From Geosiphon pyriformis uo1 (taxonomy: Eukaryota; Fungi; Glomeromycota): a stretch of 64,000 nucleotides of DNA. Both the position numbers and the translations under genes were made by a program. Below are positions 51,161-63,576 of the stretch, in pieces. Numbering within the stretch: the stretch's first letter is position 1; each line of letters starts with the position of its first letter. Under the pieces are notes generated by a model, which was not told the origin of the DNA, did not search any database, and saw only the letters and a program-made list of their open reading frames with translations. Location: the NCBI GenBank assembly GCA_016748015.1, contig JAAOMT010000269.1, forward strand, positions 194,116-258,115. Reading direction: 5' to 3'.

Positions 51161-52037
51161 TGTTACAGGTGATTATTTCTGTTGTGGAATTGAATAACAA
51201 ACCTGTAACTTGGTGCTCAAAAGCTACTTTCATGGATGATATGCGGAAGATATGGTATCTGAAGGTTTTGGTTGATCTGAAGATTTTGTTGTAGAGTTCT
51301 TTGTATAATGAACAGAGATTCAATAAGGTTGATAGTAGTTGTATCCTCAAGTGATTTTCCCAATTTCTTTTTCAGCATGGTGGCTGAATTTAGTCTGGCA
51401 GTTGTGCTCTTCTGGTAAGCTATTCGATAATATATATAAAATTCTACCCTTATTTCTGGGTCTTTTACCAGACTATCCTTGACATCAATAACTTAGTGCT
51501 TAATCTTTTAATCAATTAATATACAACAACAAAATCAAAGAAAGAAAGGAAATAAAATAAAGAAAATAAAGAAAATAAGCCAAAACAATTTGGTCCATTA
51601 GTATCTTGTCAATAGCTGTGATCAAGAGCTATTGTTTCAGCATAGTTAAGTAGCAATTACTATTAACATGAAGTGTTGATAGTGAATAGTGGATTGAGAT
51701 ATGAAATAATTATTTATTTGATGATTGGGTTTTTGGCTAAGGATTCTGTGGTATCAATTCTGTCTTTTCTGTTTCTAACACTATTGCTATATATACATAA
51801 TTGGAATTTCTCAATTCCTCGATTCTTCACGACAGGAATCCTGGAATTCTTGGAATCTTGTGATTCCTTTGAGAGGAATTCTGGAATTCTGGAATTCTGC
51901 AATTCCTTGTTGGGAATCCTGAAATTCCTGGAATCCTGCAATTCCTAAAAAGAATCCTGGAATTCCACATTTACTACACTTACTTCTGATTAGCTAATAA
52001 TTATGCTAATATATTTCCTATATTTCTATGAGTAACA
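51161..52037 (-). repeat. 5' LTR of gypsy element 1 (877 bp) with GGAAT(T)CCT tandem array at ~51835-51965
   Basis: TGTTAC...GTAACA terminal inverted repeat; adjacent to the PBS. Confidence 0.97.
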
Positions 52038-54470
52038 TCATTGGTTCCTTTTGGTACTGGTTCAACTTTGAGTACAAAGTCTTTGGTGGTGGCTTCCAAC
52101 TCTTTTGATAATTCTGGTTTGACTGATCACATGGCTTCTTTGGAGTGCTCTATGGAGATCTTATCGGATCAAGTCTCTGAGATTTTAAGGAAATTAAGCT
52201 TTGTGGAATTAGTGCCAATTTTTTCTTCTTCTTGTATCATTCTTCCTGTTGTTGCTTCTCTTATGAGCTCAGCTTTGAATTCGGATATGGCTGTGGATAG
52301 TGTGATAGTGCTTTCACTTTCTCCACCTCTTCCTTTAATGGTTGAGAATGCCATTCTTGAACTAAGCTTGAACAGCTCAAAGGTTCTTATTACCAAGGTG
52401 GGTAGTTTAGAATCAAAAATGATGGCTTTGAAGGTATCGGTTGGTTTGGTTTTGACAAGATTGAATTCTTTGTGTTCTGGTTTGAGTTCATCAGCTCCTT
52501 TTTCATTTCAATAACTGATTTAATTTGGAAAATTGCTATGTACAACATTAGAGGAATGAATAATCCTATAAAACAGAGTGATATAGTTTGTTGGCATAAG
52601 AAAATGAACAATTTGATTTCTATTGTTACCAAGACTAAATTGAGAGATAAGGTCCATTCATAGATCATAAACAGGTTTGATGGTGTCCATGTTTTCACTT
52701 CTGAAGTGGATTCTGGTTATCTGGGTTTTGGCGTGGCTATTATTATGGACACTTCTCTAGCTCATTATGTATGCAAAGTTTCTGAGGTGCCTGGTCAGAT
52801 CCTTTGTGTCAGACTGCTTTTTAAGAATAAGCTTTCTGTGTCAATTTTGAGGCTGTATGCTGATGCTTCCTCAATAGTTTGGTTCTTTCAGGCTGGTAAC
52901 ATTAATTTTTTTATCACAAAGGCTGTAAATGAGTCTTCTTTTGTTATTCTTGGTGGTGACTTTAACGAGAATGGCTCTCACAAGTGTGCCAGTTTCAAGA
53001 AATGCTTCGATTTGGATCTGGTCAACTCTTTGGCTAGAAGTGCATTTGCCAAGATACCTACATAATGCAATTTTTGTGGGATTGCTAAGACAATTGATTA
53101 TGTGTTTGTCTCCTTGAATTTGGTCAATGTGATGGTGAGTCATAATATTATTGATGTTGTAGACTATTTTAATACTGATTATGTGGCTGTTTCTGTCTTT
53201 GTGGGCCTGGGTAGTTTGTTGGATGTTCAGCTGTTGTTACTGCACAAGCAGGTAAACAAAGTTTGTTGGAAGTATGACATTAAAGGTGCTGATGAAAGAA
53301 AGTGATACAAATTTAGGAATGCCACAACTGCTAATGCTACTGTGTTTTCGAGTATATTCAAAGTGGCTAAGAGGTCTTCAAATTTGAATACAATGTGAAA
53401 TATCATTCATGAAGTTATGAATTCTTCGGCTAATGAGACATTCAAGAGGAAATGGTTCAAAAGTTATAACAGTGTTTTTACCAAGGTGTTTTCTAAGTTT
53501 CATAAACTGGAGTTGCTGGTATTCAGATTGGTGAAAGCTTCTCATTTGGTTTCAAGTGATGATTTTGTTTTACTACTGGGTATATGGAACAGGTTGGACT
53601 CTGGTAATACAGCTAAAGTGAAGTCTCTTTTTCTTTCAGGTTCTACTTTTAATGCTGTTTGTTCTGGGTTGGCAAGGGTATGGAAGTTTTACTGTTCTTC
53701 CAAGTTTCTGAAATTCAAGTGTGCTGAAGAATCTTGCATCAGAAAGGCCATTGCCAATAGAATAGAAAGTTTTGAATTGAATAAAGGTTGTACTATTAGA
53801 AATGTGCTGAAACGTCCTTTTTGTAAGGTGGTATTGAATCATTTAGTTGTAGATAATGAGTTGGTTTGGAGCCCAATTTGGTTAAATTTAAAGTAGATGA
53901 GATTATGGAGAGTTGGACAAAGAAGTGCAGGATGGTGTTGGATATCTCTGATGATTGGACTTGTCAATATCAGTCTTTAGATTATGTTTTTAATGATGCA
54001 TTTTCTGGTGTAATGTGTTTAATTAGTTTTAATAAATTGTTTGCAGTAATCTCTAATCTGTCTAATAACAAAGCAGCTGGACTTTCTGGCATCTCTAATG
54101 AATTGTGGAAACACTATGACAGTTTGGTCTTGGCTATGCTTTCTGTGCTCTTGAATCTGTGTCTAACTCATAAATTAGTACTTGGGTCTTGGAAAGAGGC
54201 TTGGGTTTCGATGATTCCTAAGCTGTATAAATGAGAAGGTGTTTTTACGAATACTTGTCCTATTGTGCTGATTGAGACCACTTACAAGATTCTTTCTAAG
54301 ATTCTTTCAGACAGGATTTTTTCAGCTTGCAGTACTTATAATGTTTTACATGGGGACAATTTCTCTGTGTTAAAGAGTACAACTATACAGTTGCCTATTT
54401 TTGCCATTGGTTTGATAATTGAGGATGCATTGGAAAAAAACCGTGAACTGTGACTGGTTTTACAAGACAT

Positions 54471-55541
54471 TGTTATGGATAAACTTGGTGGGTAATAGAA
54501 CTAGTAATATTTGGTGCTCTTAATTATTAGGGATGCGTCTTCTACATAATTCTATTGGCTTAGTCTTGATTATTAGTCTTTGAAGGTCTATTCCTGGATG
54601 TGAATTTACCTGTTGAGTTCTTTGGTTATAAGGCACAGAGTTTGTTTTTTGTCAATTGCAACGTTTTCTGTAAATATGAGCTTTCTTCTCCAAGCTAATA
54701 AGCGCAGTTGTTAGGGTCTGGTGTTGTCTTTTTGCCCTTCTGGTAAGCTAACAAGATAATGTTAATATCCAAAACTTAGGGGGAGCTTCCCTTTTTTACT
54801 AGGCTATTATGAAGTCTATTTCCAGACAGTTAATTTTACTATGTTGCTGCTCCACAAAAAAAATAAGAAAAAAAAAGAAAAAAAAAAAAAAGAAAAAAAA
54901 AAAAGATAAATTAGTATTGTCAATTGTCATGATCAAGAGCGATTGGTCCAAATCATTAATAGTTCAAGGTGATTATGCTAAGAGCATCTGTCTTAGAATG
55001 AAGGTATGAGACAAAGGTTAATTTACGTAAATTCCATGAAGTTCAAGAACATAAATTCGTGATTCTGATTTCTTTAATAATTGGTTTATTTCAGAAGATG
55101 AAATAGGGAAGATAATAAATGATGAAAGGGTATAGATATTTAATTCTTGTTTAGAGGTTCATATCTATCTGTCTGTCTTTTCTCATTTCTACAACTACTT
55201 GCTTTTATACATTTTTTTGGTTTTACAGGATTGTTTTCAATTGTCTTGCTATTGCTAGCTATTGCTTTGTTATTTCTGTTATTACTTTGTTTTTCTACAT
55301 TATCACTAGTTATCCTATGTTATAACATATTATCTAACGTTATTACATGTTATTCTGTATTATCCTGCATTATAATATGTTATCCTATGTTATTGCATGC
55401 TATTCTGTGTTATCCTGCATTATAACACATTATTCTACATTATAACATGTTATCCAATATTATTGCATATTATTCTGTGTTATGTTACATTTTGGTCACA
55501 TTTCTTCATAACTTTGGATCAGTTTTTCTACTCGGGTAACA
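54471..55541 (-). repeat. 3' LTR of gypsy element 2 (1071 bp) with degenerate tandem repeats at ~55300-55490
   Basis: TGTTAT...GTAACA termini; matches 63577-64000; flanked internally by the PPT. Confidence 0.9.
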
Positions 55542-55557
55542 TTATCCCTTTCTTTTT
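55542..55557 (-). promoter_or_regulatory. Polypurine tract of element 2
   Basis: Minus strand AAAAAGAAAGGGATAA directly before TGTTACCCGAG. Confidence 0.85.
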
Positions 55558-55619
55558 AAAATTGAGCTCCTGCAAAACCGTATGTATCTTTTATTGTGGC
55601 TTCATTTGTGTAATATTCA

Positions 55620-56390
55620 ATTGTTGCCTCAAGTATTGCCTTTTGTAGGTCTTTGTTCTATGTTGTTAACCATTATGGTTTTCATAGATCTGTTCAATAG
55701 TACATTTGGGCAATATTAGAAGGCAGCATATAGTCAGTATGCTGCTTTGTAATGTAGGGTCAGGTTGTTTTTCCTTATGAATTTTTCTACTTGTTGTATT
55801 GCTTCTTTGTTGAATGTTTTCTGGCTGAAGTCTTCATATGGTGTTTTTAAGTCAAGCTGTTCTCCAATTTTGTAGAACCAATAAGCTGGAGGAAGTTTTT
55901 CTTTCCATTTCTGGGTATTGTCAAGTGTCCACTCCCCTGTTTCAGGGAGTTCAGTCCCATGAGTTAAAGCTTGTTTTATTTTTTCAAGCTTGGAGACCAA
56001 GTATCTTCTTTTGTAATCTTTTTTTCATTCTTTGCCTCCTTCTTCTCCACCTTCCATCCAAAGGCAATTTTTCCTTTAACATTGCCTTTTGGGTGGTAGG
56101 TAGGAGAGGGAACATTTAGTTTTAATTGAACTCTTGTCCTTCTCTCTCCTGCTCTTATCTTTGTACTGTATCTCTTTTTTATCAATTGTTATTTCTATTT
56201 GAGATGTCAATTTTTGAATTGTTTCAAATAATTATTTAGATAATTTTAAAATTTGATCTGAAAAGTCTATGTTGAAATTTCTATTGTTTCTTACTACTTT
56301 TCAGATGCTATATATATTTGAATTCCCCAATTTAATTTGCTGTCCATTGTCTATGTTTTGATGATGATGATTGGTTCTAGATTTCATGGT
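55620..56390 (-). pseudogene. Extra degenerate ORF between integrase and PPT in element 2, function unknown
   Basis: ORF pieces 55976-56185 and 55734-56000 (KLEKIKQALTHG...LPPAYWFYKIGEQL...HYKAAY*LYAAF*YCPNVLL) lie after the integrase stop at ~56427. Confidence 0.55.
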
Positions 56391-56426
56391 ATATCTTCTG
56401 GTCTGATTAATAAAATTTGTGTTCTT

Positions 56427-59400
56427 AGTTAAGGTACTAATGACAATGATTCCTGTTTTGCATGATAAATTTTTAACTGATTTCTATGTGCTACTTTCTT
56501 TAAAATCCTGTTTTCCAATCGTAATTTGTAAGTTCTATTTCTTAATGCTTCGTGTATGTGGAATGGACCATCTCACTTTGGGTCGAACTTTCCACTCCAC
56601 TGTTTCTCAGCTTTTGTATGATGTAACAGTACTTGGTCTCCAATCTTGAATTCCATTGGTTGTTCTGGTAGGCATTTATCATGTCTTTCTTTTTGTCATT
56701 CTTGAGCATTACTAATGTTATCAGCTGCTGTTCTTCAATTGTTTTCTAATGTTTCTATTAGCTGGTATGTTCTGTGGTACAAGGTAGCTTTAAAATTCTC
56801 TTTGGTAATTGTTTCTGTTAGATAAAACAATATTTTTTATTCAATAAGTAATGTAGCTTTCCTTCCATAGACTAGTTCAAATGGTGTGAAGTGTGTCATA
56901 TTTTGCTTTAGTGTTTGGTATGCAAAGAGTACTAAAGATATGAATAGGTCCTATTTTTGTTTGTTTTCTTGACTTATTTTTGCTAGTGCTTCACACAGTG
57001 TTCGGTTAAACTGTTCTACCAGTCTGTTAGTTTATGGGTGATATAGTGACAATAAAGGATGTTTTATACCAAACTGTTGGCTTAATTCTATTAGTGTATT
57101 ATTGACAAAATGCATTTCTTGATCAGATAACAATTCTTTTAGACACCCATGTCAGCAAATTAAGTCTTGATGTACAAACTCGGCTACTGTTTTGGCATCA
57201 GCCACTTGAATTGCTCTGGCTTCTGGCCATTTTGTAAGATAATCAATGGCTACAGCAATATACCAATTTCTTTTGAATATAATTGAGAGAGGACCAACCA
57301 AATCAATCTCAATTCTATCAAATGGATTTCTAACTGGAATGGGTCAAAGTGGTTCTGTTGATCTTGTTCCTTCTTTTCGCTGGCATGTGTCACAATTGAG
57401 CACGTATTCAAAAATGTCTTTGTACATTGTTGGCCAATAGTATAAGTTTAATGTTCTTTCAAGGGTAGCATTTTTGTTAAAGTGTCCTGACGTTAGATCT
57501 AAGTGCATGCTATATAGTATAGTTTTTTTTTCACTGTTCTTGATTAGTCATTGTAGGGTGAAGTGGTTTCAGCATTTTCATCAATATAGTTGGTTGTCTT
57601 GAATAAAATAATTTCGGGCTTGTTTTTATATAGTACTTTGTTCCTGTTAAGATAATATCTCCTTGAAACATAGTGTCAATAGGTATTGATGTAGTTGTTG
57701 ATAAGTAAGTGTGTCCATGAGTCTGGGATTAGGTTTGTGGCATCCTCAACAAACTGTCAGCATTGGTGTTCTTGGATCTTTTCTTGTAATGAACTTTGAA
57801 TGGGAATTGTTGCAGATAAGTACTCTATCTCACATATTTTCTTTCTAGTTGTGGATTGTTGAGTAATCAAATAAGTCCTTTGTGGTCAGTATATAGATCA
57901 AATAGTTGACTGAGGTAATGTTTTCAAGTCTGTACAGCCCAATAAATGGCAAAACATTTCAGATCTGTTGTGCTGTAATTCTTTTCTGCTGAGCTAGTAC
58001 TGTAACTAGCATAAGCAACTGGGTGTTCTCTATTGTCTGGTCCTATCTGTGATAAGACTGCTCCTAGAGCATTTTTCGAGATATCCATAGTGACAATGAA
58101 CTGTTTAGTGAAATCTGGGTAAATCAAGATTGGGGATGTAATCAATCGCTGCTTAAGATAATCAAATGCTTTCTGTTGATCTTCCTTCCACAAGTACGGT
58201 ACATATTTGGACAACAATTAATGGAGTGATTTTGCAATGTTCAAGAAACCTTTGACAAATTGACAATAATATCCTGCCAATTTTAGAAATTCTCGTAATT
58301 CTCTGAGATTGATTGGGACTGAAAAATCTTTGACTTTTTGTACTTTATCTGAATCAGATTTAACTCCATCCTTGCTGATTACATGTCCTAGAAATTTTAA
58401 CTTGGTTTTTCTAAAGAAGCATTTCTCAGAATTGAGTTTTAATTCAGCACTATGAAGGCATTTGAAGACTTGTTGCAGATAGAGCAAATGGTCATTGAAT
58501 GTTTCAGAAAACACATTTGTGTTATCTAGGTAGACTACTACTGATTTCCAAAGAATTCCTTTGTATACTATATCCATCAAGTGTTAAAACGTGGCAGAAG
58601 CATTACAAAATCCAAAAGGCATTACATTAAACTTGAAGTTTCTGTCTCAAATAGTAAATGCTGTTTTTTCTTTGTCTTTGGGATCCATTTCAACTTGCCA
58701 GTAACCATTTGCTAAATCTAATGACGAGAACTATTTCTTTTTTTCTAGATTGTCCAGAATTTTTTGGATGAGAGGAGTGGGATAACTATCTTCTTACATA
58801 ATGCTATTTAGTTTTTAATAATCTATGCAGAATTGCACTTTTCTGTTTTTCTTGGTAACCAAGACTATTGGAAAGGACCAAAGGCTTAACAATTCTTTGA
58901 TTAGGCCATTATCAAGCATCCATTGCACTTCTTGCTTAATTAGATTATCACCAGATAGGAGTACATGATAAGCTTGTTGCTTAATCAGTCAAACATCTCT
59001 TGTATCAATCTGATGCTTCATAATGTCAGTGTGTCCGAACTCATTTTCATTGGCAAAGATATTGGCATACTGATTTAGAAGGACTTTGAGTTGCATTTGT
59101 TGCAAGGTACTTAAATTTCCTAAATTCAATTTATTGATTTCTTCTGGTGTAAACAAGTAACTTTCTTTTGGCAAATTCTATACTTGTAAGGTAATGTCAC
59201 AGAATAAAAATAATTGTGCGAAATCTGGAATGGACTGGGGTTTTTCAGGATTTTAAATATCTGCAGATATAGAACTGATAAGGGTCCCTTTGGGGATTTC
59301 AATAACATCTTCTGTCAGGTTGTGGATGGAAATTTTGAAGTGTTTATGGGCTTTAGCCAGTAGATATAGATTAGCAACATCAGCTAGGAAACAGATTTCA

Positions 59401-62400
59401 GAACTGGCTTCAAATAACAGAACTTGATCTTGGATTTTTTAATTCACCTTGAGGATGTATTATTAGTATGGGGAAATAGAAATAATGGTGTCAGTATAAA
59501 TAAATTCTACCTGGTCACTGTCTTCCTCCATAAAATTAACTAGTACGTTTCCTTTTCCACTTGATCCAAACCCGTTGATTCCTTGGGCAGTGAGGCCTAA
59601 CTCTTCTCGGGTTGTTACTGGGGTTAATTGGAGTATTTTGACTAGGGGTAAAAAGATAGCTTGGGCAATCTTTTCTTGTGATTCTATTTTGTAGAGTCTG
59701 TCCAAATTGTTCTGTAGTATCATGATAATGTTCCCCATGTAACTGGCATCGATGATTCCTCCTTTTACGTCAATTTCTTTCTTGGCTAGACTAGATCGAG
59801 AGGTAACTTGTACCATTGTACTAACAGAAATTTCTAATGCTATCTTAAGATCTATTTTTACAAGGGAATATAGGGCTATAATGATGGGTGATTGTCTGGG
59901 GTATCATAGGTCAAAACTGGTATTGGTGTCATGTGCTTTTTTGGGGCAGATTTCTTCCTTGTTGTCACTGTACCATTTTAGCTCTAGTTCTTTGGATAGG
60001 TTAGAATACACGAGATACTGTTTTGTTTCAGTATCCTCAGTTGGATCTTGAAATAACATGTCCTTGGTGATCAATACTTCTTCTTCTTCAGGCTCAGGTA
60101 GTTCAGTAATTGGAAACAGTATTTTTGGAGGTGGATTGAACATGAGATCACATTTGTCACAGTACTGGAAGTGACAGGAAATCAAACAGTGATTGCACAG
60201 TTTGGTATTTAAATCGGCCAACCTTTGCTTTTGTTCTTTGCGAGTTGGGGCCAATTCTTGATATCAGTTCTGAAATGTGTCTGGGTCATCTGTGAAAAAA
60301 TCATCCTTGGGGTAGTTGGGTCCATTATATTTAGACATTCAAGAGTTGTCCTTGATTTCTCATATTTCTTTAGGCATGGCACCTTCAATCTTGGTGTTTG
60401 TCATTCTCCAGATTTTGTGGTCATCGTGTGAATAACCGTTCAGCCTGTTGAGTGCTCATTTCCAAGTGTCCTTGATAGAAGTTCTCTTTTGTACCCAATC
60501 ATTGATTAATATGGTGTATTGACAAGCCTTGTCACATGTTCCTTCTCTGCCAGACACATTATTTCAGAGTCCTTCATCTGGCAGAATTTTGCCACATGTA
60601 AGGCACAGCATATTGTTTCACTTGTCTTGTCGTTTTGGTTGTTCAAATCTTTCCAATAAACAAGGTCTGCAATAGTATTTGGTGGTGGTGGACCATTCTT
60701 TGTTGTCCCCAATACATGCACCCATAGTGGATAGTTTTTTTCCACAATTGACACATATTAGTCTTGGGGGTTGGTAAAATAAGTTTTTTTGGTCCAAGGT
60801 TACGTATCCTAATAATGACAATTGGGGTTCTTCTTTGGCTCTGCCTTTTCCTTTTTCTTCCCAGGTTGATAATGGAAGTAGTTTAGTTCGATAATCATCT
60901 GCCCATGAAACTTGATAGGTCTCGATGGTTGGTGACAGTGATGTGTCTTTGAATTCAATAAGGGATTCCTTGGTACATTGGGTTTTAAAGTGTCTGCACG
61001 TAGCTGGGACTTGGGCATGCTGTTCATTGAACATGAGTTGAAATTTTTGGGTGTTCTAGTCAAGAGTAGTATTGGCTTTTGACAACCAATTGTTTCCTAC
61101 TAGAGCTTAATATTGAGTAGCTTCTATGATGAGTACTTTGATAGAAATTTGGATTCCATTAATCTCGAAGGGGAAGTTGTCAATTTCTTCTATCAGGGTT
61201 TTTGTGTTTCCATTCACTGTAATGATCTGGGCAGTAGTGGCATGGTCTACTCAGTGACTTAGTTGGTCTATGAACTGCTTCGTGATTATGCTACTGGCTG
61301 ATCTGCTATCTAGAATTAATTTAATGTCTATTCCTCCAACTTTGGCATCAGTGTATAAGACTGTTATTAGTTTATCCTGATTGATGGCTGCTTTACTAAA
61401 AAGGCTATGGGTGTTCAAATTATTAATGTCAAAAAGAAATATGGCAGCTAGGGTGGTGTCTTTGGTAATAGTGACTGGTAAGATATTGCTTTTTGTTTGC
61501 TTGGAAGGTTGGGAGATTCGTTCTATATTCCCCCTTTTTACAGGTGTAGATTTATCAAAATCCTGGTCTTCCATAAGACCAAGATAGAAAGCTTGATTTG
61601 GGTATCCAGTTGGTGTTGGTCGAGATTGGGCAGGACTGTGAGGGATTAATCAAGACGATATACTGTTGGTTTGCACCTGATTATTGTTGGGATTCTTTCA
61701 TTCCTGATTATAGCTTGAGGTCTGGATGGGCTGTAAGGAGAAATTTGATAGTGAGAGATTGTTTGTGTCATTGGTGGTGGTTGATAATAATTCTGGGGTG
61801 GTGGTTGAGTGTACAAAATTTGTTGTGCATATTGGAGTGGTTGATTTTAAGGTATGAAATATTGAGGTACCATATTTTGCTAATATCTGGATTGCTGGTA
61901 TGAGTTTCCTTGATTTTGGTCCATGATCTTTTTTCTGCAGTCATGGGCAATGTGTCCAGGTTTCTGGCAGTAGTAACAGTTGCAGGAATCGGATCTCTAA
62001 GGTTGTTGTTGTTGTTGATGGTTCTGTTGCTATGGGTATCTACTGTTGTTGTTATTTTCTTTCTGTTGGAGTGGTTGGTAAGTTCCTGTAGTTTCAGCTA
62101 AGAATCCCTCAATTTTCTGAGTTAGTTTCTTACTCAATTGGGTTATCTTTGCATCAATATCAGAGGTTCTATTAATGGCTAAATTAATGATTTGAGTATG
62201 GTTTGCTTCTTGTTCTGCAGACTCAAAATTGCAAGCGAGAGCGACAGCGTCTTGTAAACTAGTCAGATGGCGGGGTCTTACAGATCTTAGAATACTACTC
62301 CACAATCCTTTAATGAATTAATTAAGAACTTGCACCACAGTATAGTAGTCCCTTTTGATAGCTAATATTTGATGAAGGATTTGATTAAATTGTCCGAAAT

Positions 62401-63530
62401 AAGTAGTTACTGCTTCATGATCTTTTTGTTTAATTATGCTGAATTGATTCTGCAATTAGATTAACATATTGGGGTCACAGAAGTATTGCAAAAATGCGAG
62501 TTTAAACTCTGTAAAAGAGATAGGCTTTTTTGCAAGACTCTGGTACCACGAATTGGCAGTTCCGGTCAGAAAGAATGGCAGTACCTGAATTGTGTAGTTG
62601 TTGTTCTAACTGTTAGCAGTAATTGCTTTCTTGGCATTTGCAATTCAAGAATATGCATTATCTTCTTTACCAAAGAATTTTTTCAATTTAGCAATATCCT
62701 GGTAAGCCATGATCCAGTTAATGGGTGGGGTGTTATTGGTTATGTTTAAAGAGATTGGTGCCCATGTATTTAAGTGTTCTCTGGGTGCTAATGCTGGTTG
62801 CTTTTCTTTGTCACTTGAATCAATAGGTTGTAAGATAGCTGTTTTTTCCATCAGAGAAGATGCTGATTCTGCTAGGTTTTGTGCTGGTAGCTGTTTCCAA
62901 GTTAACAGATTTCCTTCTGTTTGACCAGCTGCTAGGATAAGATTTCCAAACAGCAATCCATATTCTCCTAGTAATTTGGTGCAACTGTGTTGATTCCAAG
63001 GGTGTGGATTTCCAGGAGTTTGTGGTGTTTCTGACTGGGTTTCCAGGGATGGGTTGAATACAATTCTACTTTGGGATGTCTGATGATATGATGGAGTTGT
63101 TGGGGAGAAAAATTTTGGTTTCTTGTTGACCATGGACTTGGCTTGGGCAGTTATGGAGTTGTTGGATTCATCTTTATATTCCTTAGGGTTAAATTCTATT
63201 GGTTGTTGTACTTGAGGGAATTATTGTGCCACATAATATTTAATGTCTGTATCAATTATGCACAGAGTTTCAGCAATTGCTCGGATAGTTGTGGCTGTTG
63301 AGTACCCTAATAAGCTTTGATGAATTTGTTTTCCAAGTCTTTTTGTATCAGTTGTGTGGTCTAATAAGCAGTCAATTTTTGCATTAATATAGTTACAAAA
63401 ATCACTTTCTGTGTAAGCAGTTTCTGCTGGTATTCCTAAGTTTTTTCGAAAGTATTGAAATAGTGCTTTTCCATACAAGGAATGGTCCTTTTTTATTGTT
63501 TCAATAGTCACTACTTTTGTGTATTTTTGG
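56427..63530 (-). pseudogene. gag-pol of gypsy element 2
   Basis: gag YGKALFQYFRKNLG..., IAKLKKFFGKEDNA, knuckle CYYCQKPGHIAHDC; PR LILDSRSASSII; spacer CVNCGKK..YYCRPC, CNHCLISCHFQYCDKC; dUTPase; RT MPFGFCNA, YLDN; RH TMDISK; IN CDTC, DYLTKWPEA, SDQ, GPFHI. Confidence 0.94.
59545..59950 (-). CDS. dUTPase domain within pol (element 2), one internal stop
   Basis: AHDTNTSFDL*YP, RSSLA, GGIIDASYMGNI, KIAQ, QGINGFGSSG. Confidence 0.92.
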
Positions 63531-63556
63531 GAGTCTTTTGTCTCTGTGGATTTATA

Positions 63557-63574
63557 ACCTCACAAGGAGCACCA
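63557..63574 (-). promoter_or_regulatory. Primer-binding site of element 2 (same tRNA as element 1)
   Basis: Minus strand TGGTGCTCCTTGTGAGGT; one transition from the element 1 PBS. Confidence 0.8.
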
Positions 63575-63576
63575 AA

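Larger units (their letters stand above)
42053..52037 (-). mobile_element. Ty3/gypsy LTR retrotransposon 1, dUTPase-bearing, full-length, 4-bp TSD TCAT
   Basis: LTRs start TGTTA at 42053 and 51161, right LTR ends TAACA at 52037; TCAT at 42049-42052 and 52038-52041; internal gag-PR-dUTPase-RT-RH-IN on the minus strand. Confidence 0.96.
40441..54470 (+). mobile_element. LINE copy C, interrupted in ORF1 by gypsy element 1 and in RT by gypsy element 2
   Basis: 5' hairpin ctcttgttg..caacaaga; ORF1 from ATG 40565 to 42052, resuming 52042-52514 (FHVFS|LVPFGTG); ORF2 from 52511 (YNIRG, LGGDFN, IDYVF, GLSGISNELWKH) stops at L*LVLQD|LTR at 54470. Confidence 0.93.

Noticed and set aside
55147-55648. 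Hydrophobic ORFs as possible env or membrane proteins
   Set aside because: They lie antisense within the LTR and arise from T-rich tandem repeats.
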